From a virus: a stretch of DNA of 64,000 bases. A program made the position numbers and the translations under genes. Below the pieces are notes generated by a model. It was not told the origin of the DNA. It saw nothing but the letters and a program-made list of their open reading frames with translations, and did not search any database. How positions within the stretch are numbered: position 1 is the stretch's first letter; every line of letters begins with the position of its first letter. Location of the stretch: the IMG/VR virus record IMGVR_UViG_3300037231_000119, positions 64,001 to 128,000 of that record; one strand, written 5' to 3'. This document shows positions 46,072 through 55,619 of the stretch, in pieces.

Positions 46072-46272
46072 ATGAATAATGATGAAGTGACCACCCCAGA
46101 AGAAGATTTTGACCTTAAATTTGCAGGAGCCCATCTAGCCATGATGGACCAATATTTAGAGATAGACTTTCCGGAAATGGACGTATCTAAAATGTCCTAT
46201 CAGGAAAAGAATGAATTTATCCTAGATTCAGATAAACCAAAATACAGATCGCTAGGTTTGCTGCCTCCGTAA
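46072..46272 (+). CDS. Small acidic hypothetical protein
   Basis: SD AGGAG; TTGACT..TATATT-like promoter upstream. Confidence 0.6.
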   Translation: MNNDEVTTPEEDFDLKFAGAHLAMMDQYLEIDFPEMDVSKMSYQEKNEFILDSDKPKYRSLGLLPP

Positions 46273-46344
46273 TCGAATATGTGGCTCTCCAACGTATTGA
46301 AATTGAACGTCTAGAAGCCAAGTTGGCGGGATTGAACAACTAAT

Positions 46345-46354
46345 CCAATCTTAT
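46345..46354 (+). promoter_or_regulatory. Late-motif copy CCAATCTTAT overlapping the ORF start
   Basis: Exact motif; precedes the second membrane module. Confidence 0.5.
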
Positions 46355-46544
46355 GAGTGATAAATTCAAGAGAATCTTAAGACGTAATTTTATAGGATAT
46401 TTTAAGGAAGCTTCAGTACTTATAGCGGTATTTGGAACCCTAGATCAATTAACCAGAAATGCTCTTAGTATAAAATCTCTTATTTTTATATCTTTTCTCA
46501 GCCTTTCGATCTTAGCATTAGCCACTTTACTGGAAAATAGATAG
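46353..46544 (+). CDS. Small 2-TM membrane protein, paralog of 30406..30588
   Basis: KEASVLIAVFGTLD..SIK..LENR. Confidence 0.65.
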   Translation: MSDKFKRILRRNFIGYFKEASVLIAVFGTLDQLTRNALSIKSLIFISFLSLSILALATLLENR

Positions 46545-46552
46545 GAACTAAT

Positions 46553-46666
46553 ATGAATCTTTTTGCAATTACCTTCATCATGACCTTTATGGCCATCGCA
46601 TCCATTATTTTGAGCCCCGCGCCTAAGACTAAATCTGATAGCGAGACTACTCAAAAGGCCTCCTGA
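46553..46666 (+). CDS. 37-aa single-TM peptide MNLFAITFIMTFMAIASIILSPAPKTKSDSETTQKAS
   Basis: SD AGGA; counterpart of 30592..30687. Confidence 0.6.
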   Translation: MNLFAITFIMTFMAIASIILSPAPKTKSDSETTQKAS

Positions 46667-46750
46667 TACCACCTAAAGATGGTCTATAAGCGTATCGACC
46701 TTAAATGTTCGCTTTGGTCTCACCGAACATCGGGTGGGTGAACATGATGT

Positions 46751-46785
46751 AGGAAGGGGTGGGGTAATTCCCGCCCCTTTCTTTT
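46751..46785 (+). terminator. Intrinsic terminator
   Basis: AAGGGGTGGG-gtaatt-CCCGCCCCTT followed by TCTTTT. Confidence 0.7.
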
Positions 46786-46831
46786 CCCCATGATATAATC
46801 CCTGTGAACTCACGCAGTTCAGAGGATTTAT

Positions 46832-47866
46832 ATGGCAAAGAAACCCAAAGCTTTTCAAACCGGTCACGATCCCATGTTCGCCACCCTTGCGCAAGAGATT
46901 GCTCGGGCTATTGAAAAGAACAAGGATGGCAGTTCCCAAAAGCAGCAATTTGAAGAGCTTGTAGAAGCAGAGGAGCTGTTTAAAGACACTCTTTTAACCT
47001 ATAAGATCCATAGGGAGCTTTATAAACGCTTTATTCTCCATATTCGAGTTATTCAAAACAATATTCTGGGGGCTAGACCTTTCTTCAGAGAGAACTCTGA
47101 AACTTTTAGCGCCAAAATCACGCCAGCCCTAAAAGCCAAAAATCCAGATGCTCTGACCCAATTTCGGATAAATTTCCATCTTATTAAGTTTTTTAAGGAT
47201 AATTTCATTGGTTTGTGGCCGAAAAAGTTGGAAGCTATTTACCAAAGAGTGGAAAAGGCTAGAACTATACTCATTACTAATAACCTACCTTTGGCCATCA
47301 ATAGGGCTAAGATCTTCCAAAGAAAAACTTCCAATAACCACCTAACATTTTTGGATCTTGTAGAAGTTTCGTCTATGGGACTATGCGCAGCAGTAGATAA
47401 GTATAACCCCCCGTATTTAAAGAACTTTTGTGGTGTCATTATTGGAAGGGCGGTCGGAAATTTAATTGACCTTAACACAGAAACGGCTCTCCACTTTTAC
47501 CCCGGCGACCGCCGCATCCTCTACCGAGCCAATTCAATTCGTGGTCGTCAAGGAATTACCGATATTGCTGAACTCGCTAAAGCCGTTAATGACTCCTTCG
47601 CCATTGATTTGGCTGAAGGTCGTACGGCCCCTAAAAGAACAGATGTAAACGAGCTTTCTAACCTCCTAGCAGCCGCTTCCTTGCTCTCTGCAGACTCTAA
47701 TGAGGGAGAGGAGGGGTATGGGGTCTATAACTTTACCCCTGACGCTACAGAGGGCGTAGAGAGCCAATTAGGTAGGAAGCAGGAGCTGGCCCAAGTAGCT
47801 AAGTTAGCCCGTAAGCTCCCATTGATCAACCAAAAGATCCTGAGACTTAAGGGAATTGAAATTTGA
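46832..47866 (+). CDS. Phage sigma70-family RNA polymerase sigma factor
   Basis: Region 2: LITNNLPLAINRAK..FLDLVE..MGLCAAVDKYNP; region 4-like LP...QKILRLK; CATGATATAAT upstream. Confidence 0.8.
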   Translation: MAKKPKAFQTGHDPMFATLAQEIARAIEKNKDGSSQKQQFEELVEAEELFKDTLLTYKIHRELYKRFILHIRVIQNNILGARPFFRENSETFSAKITPALKAKNPDALTQFRINFHLIKFFKDNFIGLWPKKLEAIYQRVEKARTILITNNLPLAINRAKIFQRKTSNNHLTFLDLVEVSSMGLCAAVDKYNPPYLKNFCGVIIGRAVGNLIDLNTETALHFYPGDRRILYRANSIRGRQGITDIAELAKAVNDSFAIDLAEGRTAPKRTDVNELSNLLAAASLLSADSNEGEEGYGVYNFTPDATEGVESQLGRKQELAQVAKLARKLPLINQKILRLKGIEI

Positions 47867-47913
47867 GTTGACTTTTCATTGGATCTAGTGTTAGGGTTTA
47901 GGTAGGAGATTTT

Positions 47914-48222
47914 ATGACTGAATCCGAGAAAGCTATAAGGGAAAATATTGCCGAGCCGGGAGCGGTCTACTTTGGAGCTATTAAAGATCTTATAGATGAG
48001 ATTGACTCCCTCAGACAGTCTGTCAATGACTGGAAAGGCGTCGTAAAACTGGTAAGCAACGAACGTGATCAGGCCCAATTAGAGGCAGCCAGTGTTTTTG
48101 AAGAACGGGCCGATCTCATCACTCAACTCAATCAAGCCCTAGACGCTCTCACCGTAACCCGAGAAGAATGGCTTCTTAGGGTAAAGTTTTTGGAAAAGGA
48201 ACTGTACGATGCTCGAAAATGA
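47914..48222 (+). CDS. Coiled-coil hypothetical protein
   Basis: SD AGGAG. Confidence 0.65.
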   Translation: MTESEKAIRENIAEPGAVYFGAIKDLIDEIDSLRQSVNDWKGVVKLVSNERDQAQLEAASVFEERADLITQLNQALDALTVTREEWLLRVKFLEKELYDARK

Positions 48223-48364
48223 AAGTCCTATAGTTGTAGGCTTCGATTTCACTTTATGCCAATGCGGCCAAGAATCTGACTTTGGTTGCCACGGAGTTCG
48301 TGATATGGAAGTGTATTCCGAGTTCTTTTGTAAGAAGTGCTATCATAAAAAGGAAAAGGTATGA
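48209..48364 (+). CDS. 51-aa Cys-containing protein
   Basis: CQCG..C..CKKC; fills the gap with coupled ends. Confidence 0.5.
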   Translation: MLENESPIVVGFDFTLCQCGQESDFGCHGVRDMEVYSEFFCKKCYHKKEKV

Positions 48365-48684
48365 GTTTTTCACTGAATAATCGTTTGGTTCTAGAAGTTT
48401 ACGTCAAAGAAGGTCTCAAAGCCAAGGTCTCCGGGGGTATTGCAACTCCAGGACAACGTGATGGAGTTAAGGGCCTCAGGGTTCTCATGGACGCGCATCT
48501 TAGTGATGGGCGACTTATTCCTAAGTACTCAGTTGCCTATATTAGGGAAGAAGTCCTTCATACACATCCTTGGGCCTCAAAACCTCTCTCCAGCGACTTC
48601 CTGCCAGTTAAGTTTCTTCTGGTAGAATCGTCCTATGTTGAATTTTTTGAGATACCTCTTTCGTTTCCAGAGGAAAGTGCATGA
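48361..48684 (+). CDS. GroES-like co-chaperonin (divergent)
   Basis: LNNRLVLE..KVSGGIATP..GLRVL resembles GroES PL.DRV..T.GGI..P..G.V; 107 aa. Confidence 0.6.
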   Translation: MSFSLNNRLVLEVYVKEGLKAKVSGGIATPGQRDGVKGLRVLMDAHLSDGRLIPKYSVAYIREEVLHTHPWASKPLSSDFLPVKFLLVESSYVEFFEIPLSFPEESA

Positions 48685-48802
48685 GCTTCCTAGATTTTGG
48701 ACTGAACTTCTGTCTGTGGTTTATCATCTTTAACGCCTTTGAATTGGCTTTGTGGAGTATTCTTAGAGGGGTGTTTCACGAATCCGGAAAGAAATTTCTC
48801 AA

Positions 48803-49030
48803 ATGAGAATTGGAAGGCTTGAATTTGGCAAAGTATCGGGTCAATACCATTGGGGATTCTCCAAGGGATCTTGCAAATGTGCGATGTTGGATATTGGGCC
48901 ATTCTACGTTACCTTCTTGGATAGGGACTGTAAGTGTTCGGAGTGTAATGAGTATACTTGTAAGTGTGTAGATGTGTTTTGTACAGATTGTCAGGAATTC
49001 GATAACGACTGTTGCTGTGAGGTTTGGTAA
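48803..49030 (+). CDS. Cys-rich small protein (12 Cys in 75 aa)
   Basis: CKC, CKCSEC, CKC, CTDC, CCC. Confidence 0.55.
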   Translation: MRIGRLEFGKVSGQYHWGFSKGSCKCAMLDIGPFYVTFLDRDCKCSECNEYTCKCVDVFCTDCQEFDNDCCCEVW

Positions 49031-49246
49031 ATGACCCATCTAGATGGCTGCAGTAAAGAAAATATCATGAGGAAAAAGTTAGAATTTCCTGAGGATCAGA
49101 GGGATATGATCAAATCGCGAGGTTTTTGGGCCCCTTTCTCACATCATGTAATGTTTTGTATGGAATGCTCCCGTATCGTTGCACAAGAGGATAATTCTGC
49201 AAGAAAGTCTCTTAGTTACGCTGTTCAACAGGGGTTTGGGAAATGA
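49031..49246 (+). CDS. Hypothetical protein
   Basis: Coupled ORF, H..CMEC. Confidence 0.55.
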   Translation: MTHLDGCSKENIMRKKLEFPEDQRDMIKSRGFWAPFSHHVMFCMECSRIVAQEDNSARKSLSYAVQQGFGK

Positions 49247-50217
49247 AGATTCTTCGATTAGGAGACATGCACGTAAAAGTTTCAAATCTCGAGGAGTCGG
49301 AAAGGCTCCTCAAATTCGTATTGGATACGGCTCTAGAACGCAAAGTTGATCGTTTGGAAATTCTTGGCGATTTGTTCGACACCCACTCTATCATCAGGCT
49401 TGAGGTTATGGAGTTTTGGGACCGATGGCTCCATATGCTAGCAAAACAAACCTTTGACACCCGAGTTTTAGTAGGAAACCATGATATTACAGGTAACTTC
49501 AGTTCTACTTATTCTGCTCTGTCTACTTTTCGCGATCTAGATATCGTGGTTTACGAACCAGAAGTTACGGGCCCATTTGGATATCTACCCTATATTCACG
49601 ACAATAGTGAATTTGTTAAAGAGGCCAATAACTTAGCCAATTTGGGGGCACGTTTCCTAGTTTCCCATAATACCTATCAAGGATCTAAATATGACAATGG
49701 AATGTATGCTCCTGACGGTGTTGATCCTGACCTTATTGATAGCCGCATTCACACGCTTCTTTCTGGCCATGTCCACACAGCCCAAGACTTTGGACGCGTC
49801 ATCTATCCTGGAACTGCTCGTTGGGCAAGCCAATCAGACGCTAATAGGGCAAAAGGAATTTCATTATTCACTCATGCCAAGCATGACGGGACCATTCTTG
49901 ATAGAGAATTTATCTCAACCGCAGGAGTTTGTGTACCCCTTATCAGCATTGAGCTTAGAGAGGGCGGAGTTTTACCAGAATTTCCAGATAATGGGCGAGT
50001 TAGTGTCCAGTTAATTGGTTCTTCGGATTGGATCGCTCGGACTAAACTCGAGCTTAAGGGAACTTGCAGTATTACTACTAAGATCACGGATTCTAAGAAG
50101 TCCAAAGAACGTAAGAGTGGTCGTAGTTTGCATGAGTTTTTGACCAATCACTACCAAGCCGAACCAGAAAAGAAAGTTAAGCTTCTGAAGTATATGGAGG
50201 GACTATACCTTGTCTGA
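49243..50217 (+). CDS. SbcD/Mre11-like nuclease
   Basis: GDMH, LGDLFD, VGNHD, SH, SGHVH, YPGT. Confidence 0.9.
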   Translation: MKILRLGDMHVKVSNLEESERLLKFVLDTALERKVDRLEILGDLFDTHSIIRLEVMEFWDRWLHMLAKQTFDTRVLVGNHDITGNFSSTYSALSTFRDLDIVVYEPEVTGPFGYLPYIHDNSEFVKEANNLANLGARFLVSHNTYQGSKYDNGMYAPDGVDPDLIDSRIHTLLSGHVHTAQDFGRVIYPGTARWASQSDANRAKGISLFTHAKHDGTILDREFISTAGVCVPLISIELREGGVLPEFPDNGRVSVQLIGSSDWIARTKLELKGTCSITTKITDSKKSKERKSGRSLHEFLTNHYQAEPEKKVKLLKYMEGLYLV

Positions 50218-50527
50218 TCAACCCTCCCTCCAAGACCTGACCAAATTGGTCCTCTTTAGCGGCAGATTAAGTGAAGTACATGTCAAAAATCTAGAAGCGT
50301 TCCCCTTCATATTCTTTAATGGGGTTGAAGAGGCTAAGATAGAGCATGACATTTCTACCGTTAAGGATATTCCAAGTACTGTATTTTACGATCTTACCCT
50401 AAATGAGGACAATGATCATATAGAGTACCGGTGTAAGACTCTTGAAGACGCAGTCAGAAGCTTATTTTGGAACGAAGTTAAGCTGAAGATATCGATTAAT
50501 TCCGAAGAGGTATATAAAAGTGAGTGA
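50210..50527 (+). CDS. Hypothetical protein
   Basis: Overlapping ORF in the operon. Confidence 0.6.
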   Translation: MSDQPSLQDLTKLVLFSGRLSEVHVKNLEAFPFIFFNGVEEAKIEHDISTVKDIPSTVFYDLTLNEDNDHIEYRCKTLEDAVRSLFWNEVKLKISINSEEVYKSE

Positions 50528-51272
50528 TAGAAATACAAAAATAAGTGATGGGCAAGAAATTTCCATTATTCCTAAATTTGATTTTACGATGAAAGATATG
50601 GAAATGATTAATAAATTTAAGGATGACGGTATGTTGGGGATCGCGAGTCTGGATACGACCAATGTCGAGAGAAGTATGGCGCTCTACCTAGATGGCAAGA
50701 CCTACCGCCAGATAGCCAACGTCCTAAAGATAAATAAGTCCATAATCCTATTTTTGGCCCACAAGTACTCTTGGTATGAACTTAGAGAACAATATCTGGA
50801 AGAATTGAAGGTGACTATACCCAATAAGATTCTGGAGCATAAACTTCAGTCCCAAGAGTTTCTACTAGAATTAAGTCAGGCTTACAGAAAGAAAATTGCC
50901 AAGAACGTTCATCAATATCTTAGAACGGACGATCCTAAGTATTTTGAAAAAAATGACGCTAAGGACGTGACTTCATGGCTAAAAATTGAAGAAATGATCT
51001 ACTCGACTGCGGAACATATTAGTAGGCAGAGCGAAAAATCCATGGTTGGGCTGAATGGTCTCGGAGAAGGTATGACCATTACTAAGACTGGCGCCAATTC
51101 CATAGAAATCACCCCTAAGGGCCCAAGTCCCTTCGGATCCAAGCTTAAGGCCTTCGCTGAACTCAAACGTGAGCAGGAACGCGCTAATGCGCCAGAGCCC
51201 AAACCCGCTCATGATATAGTCAAAGAGAATGAAAACCCAACAAAGAAAGAGAAAGAAGATGAAGTTAAATAA
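50520..51272 (+). CDS. HTH protein, possible terminase small subunit
   Basis: ALYLDGKTYRQIANVLKI..KYSW..R followed by a helical region. Confidence 0.45.
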   Translation: MSDRNTKISDGQEISIIPKFDFTMKDMEMINKFKDDGMLGIASLDTTNVERSMALYLDGKTYRQIANVLKINKSIILFLAHKYSWYELREQYLEELKVTIPNKILEHKLQSQEFLLELSQAYRKKIAKNVHQYLRTDDPKYFEKNDAKDVTSWLKIEEMIYSTAEHISRQSEKSMVGLNGLGEGMTITKTGANSIEITPKGPSPFGSKLKAFAELKREQERANAPEPKPAHDIVKENENPTKKEKEDEVK

Positions 51273-52104
51273 AATTGCGGCTGGATTCGCGGTTGTTTTG
51301 GCAGTTGTCCTTATCCCACTCGTATCGGTGTCCAAGGATAGTAGTCCAGAAGTGCTTACTTTGGATAAGAGCAACCTCCTAGTCCTTAATTCCGAAGTGA
51401 ACGGTGATTCTGTAGGGCCGCTCATTACTAAGGCTCAGCAGATGGACTCCACTTTAGGTCGTGGAAAACACATCCTTCTCTATCTCAATACGCCCGGTGG
51501 CAGCGTCTCTAGCGGTCTTGAGCTTATCGAGGCTATGAAGGGCCTTAGCCATCCTGTTGATACGGTTACATCTTTTGCGGCATCTATGGGCTGGCAGATC
51601 GCTCAGGGGCTAGATACCAGATATATCCTGCAGAGCGGTATCTTGATGAGCCATCGTGCGGCTGGCGAATTTCAGGGATCTTTCGGCGGAACATCACCAA
51701 GCCAATTGGATCAAAGGATTCATCTGTGGGTTCAGATGACTAAAGAAATGGATATGCAAACGGTGAAGAGAACGAATGGTCGTCAAACACTCGAATCATA
51801 CCAAAAAGCTTACGCGGAGGAGCTTTGGCTGACTTCTCAAGAGTCTATTTCGGGTGGTTATGCCGATTCCATCGTGAGAGTTAAGTGCGGTGCCGATTTG
51901 TCAGGCACCTCGACACATTCAGTCGAATTCTTGGGAATGCAAATCCAGTATGAGCTTTCCGACTGCCCCATTAATACGGCGCCCATGAACGTAAAGGTCG
52001 GCGGATCCACCGTAATGAGTACGGAATACACTAAGGCGGTCAAGGCCCAATTCCTTTCCGGATATGAGATGAAAGCTTCTAAGCCACTCCCAATGAGTTA
52101 CTGA
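51259..52104 (+). CDS. ClpP-like serine protease with N-terminal signal/membrane anchor (start revised to 51259)
   Basis: LYLNTPGGSV..G, FAASMG, MSHRA, WLT..E..GYAD; MKLNK plus a hydrophobic stretch. Confidence 0.8.
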   Translation: MKLNKIAAGFAVVLAVVLIPLVSVSKDSSPEVLTLDKSNLLVLNSEVNGDSVGPLITKAQQMDSTLGRGKHILLYLNTPGGSVSSGLELIEAMKGLSHPVDTVTSFAASMGWQIAQGLDTRYILQSGILMSHRAAGEFQGSFGGTSPSQLDQRIHLWVQMTKEMDMQTVKRTNGRQTLESYQKAYAEELWLTSQESISGGYADSIVRVKCGADLSGTSTHSVEFLGMQIQYELSDCPINTAPMNVKVGGSTVMSTEYTKAVKAQFLSGYEMKASKPLPMSY

Positions 52105-52216
52105 ATATGCAATTTCTATTTTTGTTAGGTTTTATTGGGTTAGCCGTGTTCGTACAGTATAAGATAAACAGCAGTAGATATCCCAATTCGTCTATATGGA
52201 CACGGTTCTTTAAATA

Positions 52217-52465
52217 ATGCCCCTTATTGCCTATCCCTGCTCTTGCGGACTAGTAGCTAAAAAGTATGTTAAGGTGGCCAAGGATGCGGCTGCCTTCATA
52301 ACTTGTTCGTGCGGTAAAGAGGCTAAGAGGGGATTTGGAAGCACAAGTTCGAACCATTTGGTAAAAATCGACAATGGGCTCATGGCAAGATCTATAGAAA
52401 TCTCTCCCGATATCATGGAAGTGAATGACGAAAGATCCCAAAAAGATTACAGTGAAGAGGATTGA
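52217..52465 (+). CDS. FmdB-like zinc-ribbon protein
   Basis: MPL..Y.CSCG..CSCG..AKR. Confidence 0.7.
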   Translation: MPLIAYPCSCGLVAKKYVKVAKDAAAFITCSCGKEAKRGFGSTSSNHLVKIDNGLMARSIEISPDIMEVNDERSQKDYSEED

Positions 52466-52490
52466 CAATAGAAGTTAGTTGGGGTATCGT
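52462..52490 (+). promoter_or_regulatory. Sigma70 promoter TTGACA-N17-TATCGT, ATG 6 nt downstream
   Basis: Perfect -35; no SD. Confidence 0.65.
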
Positions 52491-52496
52491 CTATTT

Positions 52497-54836
52497 ATGC
52501 TCACTCTAAAATCGCTCGAGTTTCAAAATATAGGCCTGTTCACAGAAGAGCCTCAAGTCATTGATTTCACTAAATTAAGTAACCTGAATCAACTTGAGGG
52601 GAAGAATAATAACACCGGAGGCTCTTCAGGAGCTGCCAAAAGCACCGTCTTACGGGTTCTCCCCTGGCTACTAGGTCTTGATGGCTTACCAACTACAGAA
52701 CTACAGTCTAGGTCCACGAAAGACAATATCTGGGCCATAGGTGTGTTCGATCTCGATGGCCAAGTATTGAAGATAGAAAGAAATAAAAAACTATCTATTG
52801 ATATTGACGGTCATATTACAACGGGGTCCTCTAAAATTACAGACGAGAAATTAGATGAAATATTGGGTATGCCAAGAAGTCTCTTCTCTAAGATTCTGCA
52901 TAAGAAGCAGGGGGAGGGGGGTTTTTTTCTAAACATGAAAGGGGCGGATACATTCAAATTCCTAACCTCATGTCTCGGATTGGAAAAAGAACAAGCTAAG
53001 ATCCTTACCCTGGATACTAAGCTTAAAGATCTTGAAAAACAGGAAATTGCCCTTAAGTCCGCCTACGATTCCCATCAGTCCGCTCTGCAAGCCACTCAAA
53101 ACGCTATTTCCTCTATTGGCCACCCTCCAGTACTAGATACTGGACCCAATTCAATCATTGATCTGTATAGACAGCATGTGGTCGCCAAAGAATCTCACGA
53201 CTTTCTTAAAACCCTTCATAGACAAGAATTGACCGATCTGGAAATTGCAAGGCCCGTATACACCTCTATCCCATTCGACCGTTCAGCCATCCTCTTTACC
53301 GAGGGCGAGATTCGTAAAATTCAGGAAAAGATCTCTGAACTTAATAGGAGTGAAGAGGAGCGTCAGCTAGCCCTAAAGTCCAAAATATCGGATCTTCGCA
53401 TTGAAGCCAGTAAGTTAGAGAATGCCGAACTTACTAGACAAAGTGAAGTTAGAGCTAAAATCCAGGAATTACAGATTTCAATCAGCAATATTAAGAATTC
53501 TGAACAATCTAGAATCTCTGACGTTAAGCATAAGATTTTATCCAATCGTGGAGAGTATGCCAGATTAATGTCGTCCGTAGATACTGGCAATAAGGCTAAA
53601 GAACAAGCCTCCGCGCTAATGAAGGAACTTCAAAAAGTTCGTGCATCTATGTGCCCAACGTGCGAACAAAGTTGGATTACCGATGCTGCCAAAATCAAGG
53701 AAGGTACGATCCTAACCGAGCTAGGGTTTCTCAAGAAGCAAGTTGTGACTGGAATGGAATCCCAGGAAGTTCTAAAAACTATCGATCTGGACCACGAACG
53801 ACTACTTTTGGATAGTATACCGATCAATTCGCCCAAAATTGATCACCTTAATATACAGATCGAGCAACTCAAGTCCCAAGAACTGTCGGTTCTCAATCCC
53901 GAACTTACTGGACTTAATGTACATATAAGCCATCTCAGAGTAGAATCTCAACCACAAGTAGTCCCTGAAGTTCTAGAATATAAGCTCGAGATCGATTTTA
54001 AGACCTCTATTCTGAACAATCTTCGTAAGGATGAGGCAGATCACCAGTTTAAGATAAGTGCCGAACAACAACTTATGGTTGTTAATCACACCGAAAAACA
54101 AACCAAACTTAGGGAGTCTCATGAAGTTGCTATCAATTCTGCTAGGACTAAAGAGAATCAGGCTCTCCAGGATCTCCAGGCTGCTCAGAATAAGGTTCGG
54201 TCTTTTGAAGAGGCGAAGTTAAGGTTTGACGAATCTCACGGAAAACTCTCTATGCAATTAATTTTGCATAGGGATAAGTCCGACCTTACCCATAAAGAAC
54301 TACTGGCTATTCAAGAAGAAATCGAGCTTGCCACTGAAGCTAAAAAGGTAATAAAATCATATCTTTCGTGTTCCTTCGAAGACGCCTTGGACGGTATTGG
54401 AGATGCGGCCACTAAAAGGATCCGGATTATTCCTAATACAGCTACTGCCACTATAGAATTTGAGGGATTGAAAGAAAATGCTGATGGAAAAGTAAAAGAA
54501 GAAATAAACGCCATGATTAGCATGAATGGGGAAATTGGAATCCCCATTAGAACTCTTTGCGGAGGAGAGCGCTCGAGCGCAGATTTGTCCGTAGACCTTT
54601 CCGTTATCCAGTTTATAGAAGAGCGCACCGGTAAGGGCATAGACGTAATGCAGCTCGACGAGTGTTTTCTTGGGCAAGATACGGTTTGTATTCAGGAAGC
54701 TATTGAAATGATCAGATCTTACGCCACCGAAAAGAAGGTTATTCTGATCGACCACAATCCAATTATCGCCCAAACCATAGAAAGTAAAATAACCGTTATT
54801 CGTGATGGACAAACCAGCAAAGTGGTGCAACAATAA
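52497..54836 (+). CDS. SbcC/Rad50-like ATPase (start revised to 52497)
   Basis: Walker A GSSGAAKST; Q-loop; coiled coil with CPTC hook; LCGGE; LDE; IDH. Confidence 0.9.
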   Translation: MLTLKSLEFQNIGLFTEEPQVIDFTKLSNLNQLEGKNNNTGGSSGAAKSTVLRVLPWLLGLDGLPTTELQSRSTKDNIWAIGVFDLDGQVLKIERNKKLSIDIDGHITTGSSKITDEKLDEILGMPRSLFSKILHKKQGEGGFFLNMKGADTFKFLTSCLGLEKEQAKILTLDTKLKDLEKQEIALKSAYDSHQSALQATQNAISSIGHPPVLDTGPNSIIDLYRQHVVAKESHDFLKTLHRQELTDLEIARPVYTSIPFDRSAILFTEGEIRKIQEKISELNRSEEERQLALKSKISDLRIEASKLENAELTRQSEVRAKIQELQISISNIKNSEQSRISDVKHKILSNRGEYARLMSSVDTGNKAKEQASALMKELQKVRASMCPTCEQSWITDAAKIKEGTILTELGFLKKQVVTGMESQEVLKTIDLDHERLLLDSIPINSPKIDHLNIQIEQLKSQELSVLNPELTGLNVHISHLRVESQPQVVPEVLEYKLEIDFKTSILNNLRKDEADHQFKISAEQQLMVVNHTEKQTKLRESHEVAINSARTKENQALQDLQAAQNKVRSFEEAKLRFDESHGKLSMQLILHRDKSDLTHKELLAIQEEIELATEAKKVIKSYLSCSFEDALDGIGDAATKRIRIIPNTATATIEFEGLKENADGKVKEEINAMISMNGEIGIPIRTLCGGERSSADLSVDLSVIQFIEERTGKGIDVMQLDECFLGQDTVCIQEAIEMIRSYATEKKVILIDHNPIIAQTIESKITVIRDGQTSKVVQQ

Positions 54837-54840
54837 AACT

Positions 54841-55263
54841 ATGAATAAGACAATCCTACTCGAACTCACGGAAAAAGAAGCAGAAGTAGTAAGGAATGCG
54901 ATTGAAAGAGAGGTTCATTATTGGGATAAGTTCGATCGTAGAGATGTTAGTGGAATCCTTATAGAAAATACTGTTAATTCTTGCAGATCAATCCAAGATA
55001 AGATAGTATTGGCTTCGGAACCATCAAAACATGTCTTGATTAACAAAAAGGACTTCTTTAATATAATGTCTATTGCCAAAGGCGAGTATCTATATCTGAA
55101 CGGCAACATTCATATTTCTGGAGAAAAGATCGAAGAAAAGTATTTAGTTCATATTTCTATTGCAAATGCGGTAATCGTGTGGTTAAATAATAGTAGATTG
55201 CTTAAGAAACTTGCCGTATTTGACTATACGGATCATAGCTGCGACTATGAGGAAATGGAATAA
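54841..55263 (+). CDS. Hypothetical protein
   Basis: Likely start MNKTILL after the SbcC stop. Confidence 0.55.
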   Translation: MNKTILLELTEKEAEVVRNAIEREVHYWDKFDRRDVSGILIENTVNSCRSIQDKIVLASEPSKHVLINKKDFFNIMSIAKGEYLYLNGNIHISGEKIEEKYLVHISIANAVIVWLNNSRLLKKLAVFDYTDHSCDYEEME

Positions 55264-55264
55264 T

Positions 55265-55618
55265 ATGTTTGTATTTGGAAAGAAAAAGAGAACTACGAAA
55301 GAAATACTAAGCGACTACTTTATCATTACTAAGGAGGACGCCAAAAATCTTTTCGAGGGTAAAGTCCTACTAAACAAAGAATACGATTTCGATAATCTTT
55401 ATGCCTATAATGTAAAGAGCCTTGTTGAGAAAAATAACGAAATCTTGCTTACGTTATGCAAAGATAACTTGGTGGGCGAGATTCGATTTTGTGAAAATCT
55501 TGATGGAAACGAAAAATCGGAAGGCACTTACAGATTTTCACAAATTGTGAACGGTCGAGTAGTAGCCGCTCTAAAGAAAAATGAATTGCTGTTTACGGCA
55601 GATAAATTAGGAGAATAA
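55265..55618 (+). CDS. Hypothetical protein
   Basis: Likely start MFVFG after the previous stop. Confidence 0.55.
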   Translation: MFVFGKKKRTTKEILSDYFIITKEDAKNLFEGKVLLNKEYDFDNLYAYNVKSLVEKNNEILLTLCKDNLVGEIRFCENLDGNEKSEGTYRFSQIVNGRVVAALKKNELLFTADKLGE

Positions 55619-55619
55619 T

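Noticed and set aside
51259-52104. ClpP-like protein as the prohead protease
   Set aside because: It lies outside the head module, has a signal-like N-terminus, and a proper prohead protease exists at 24932.
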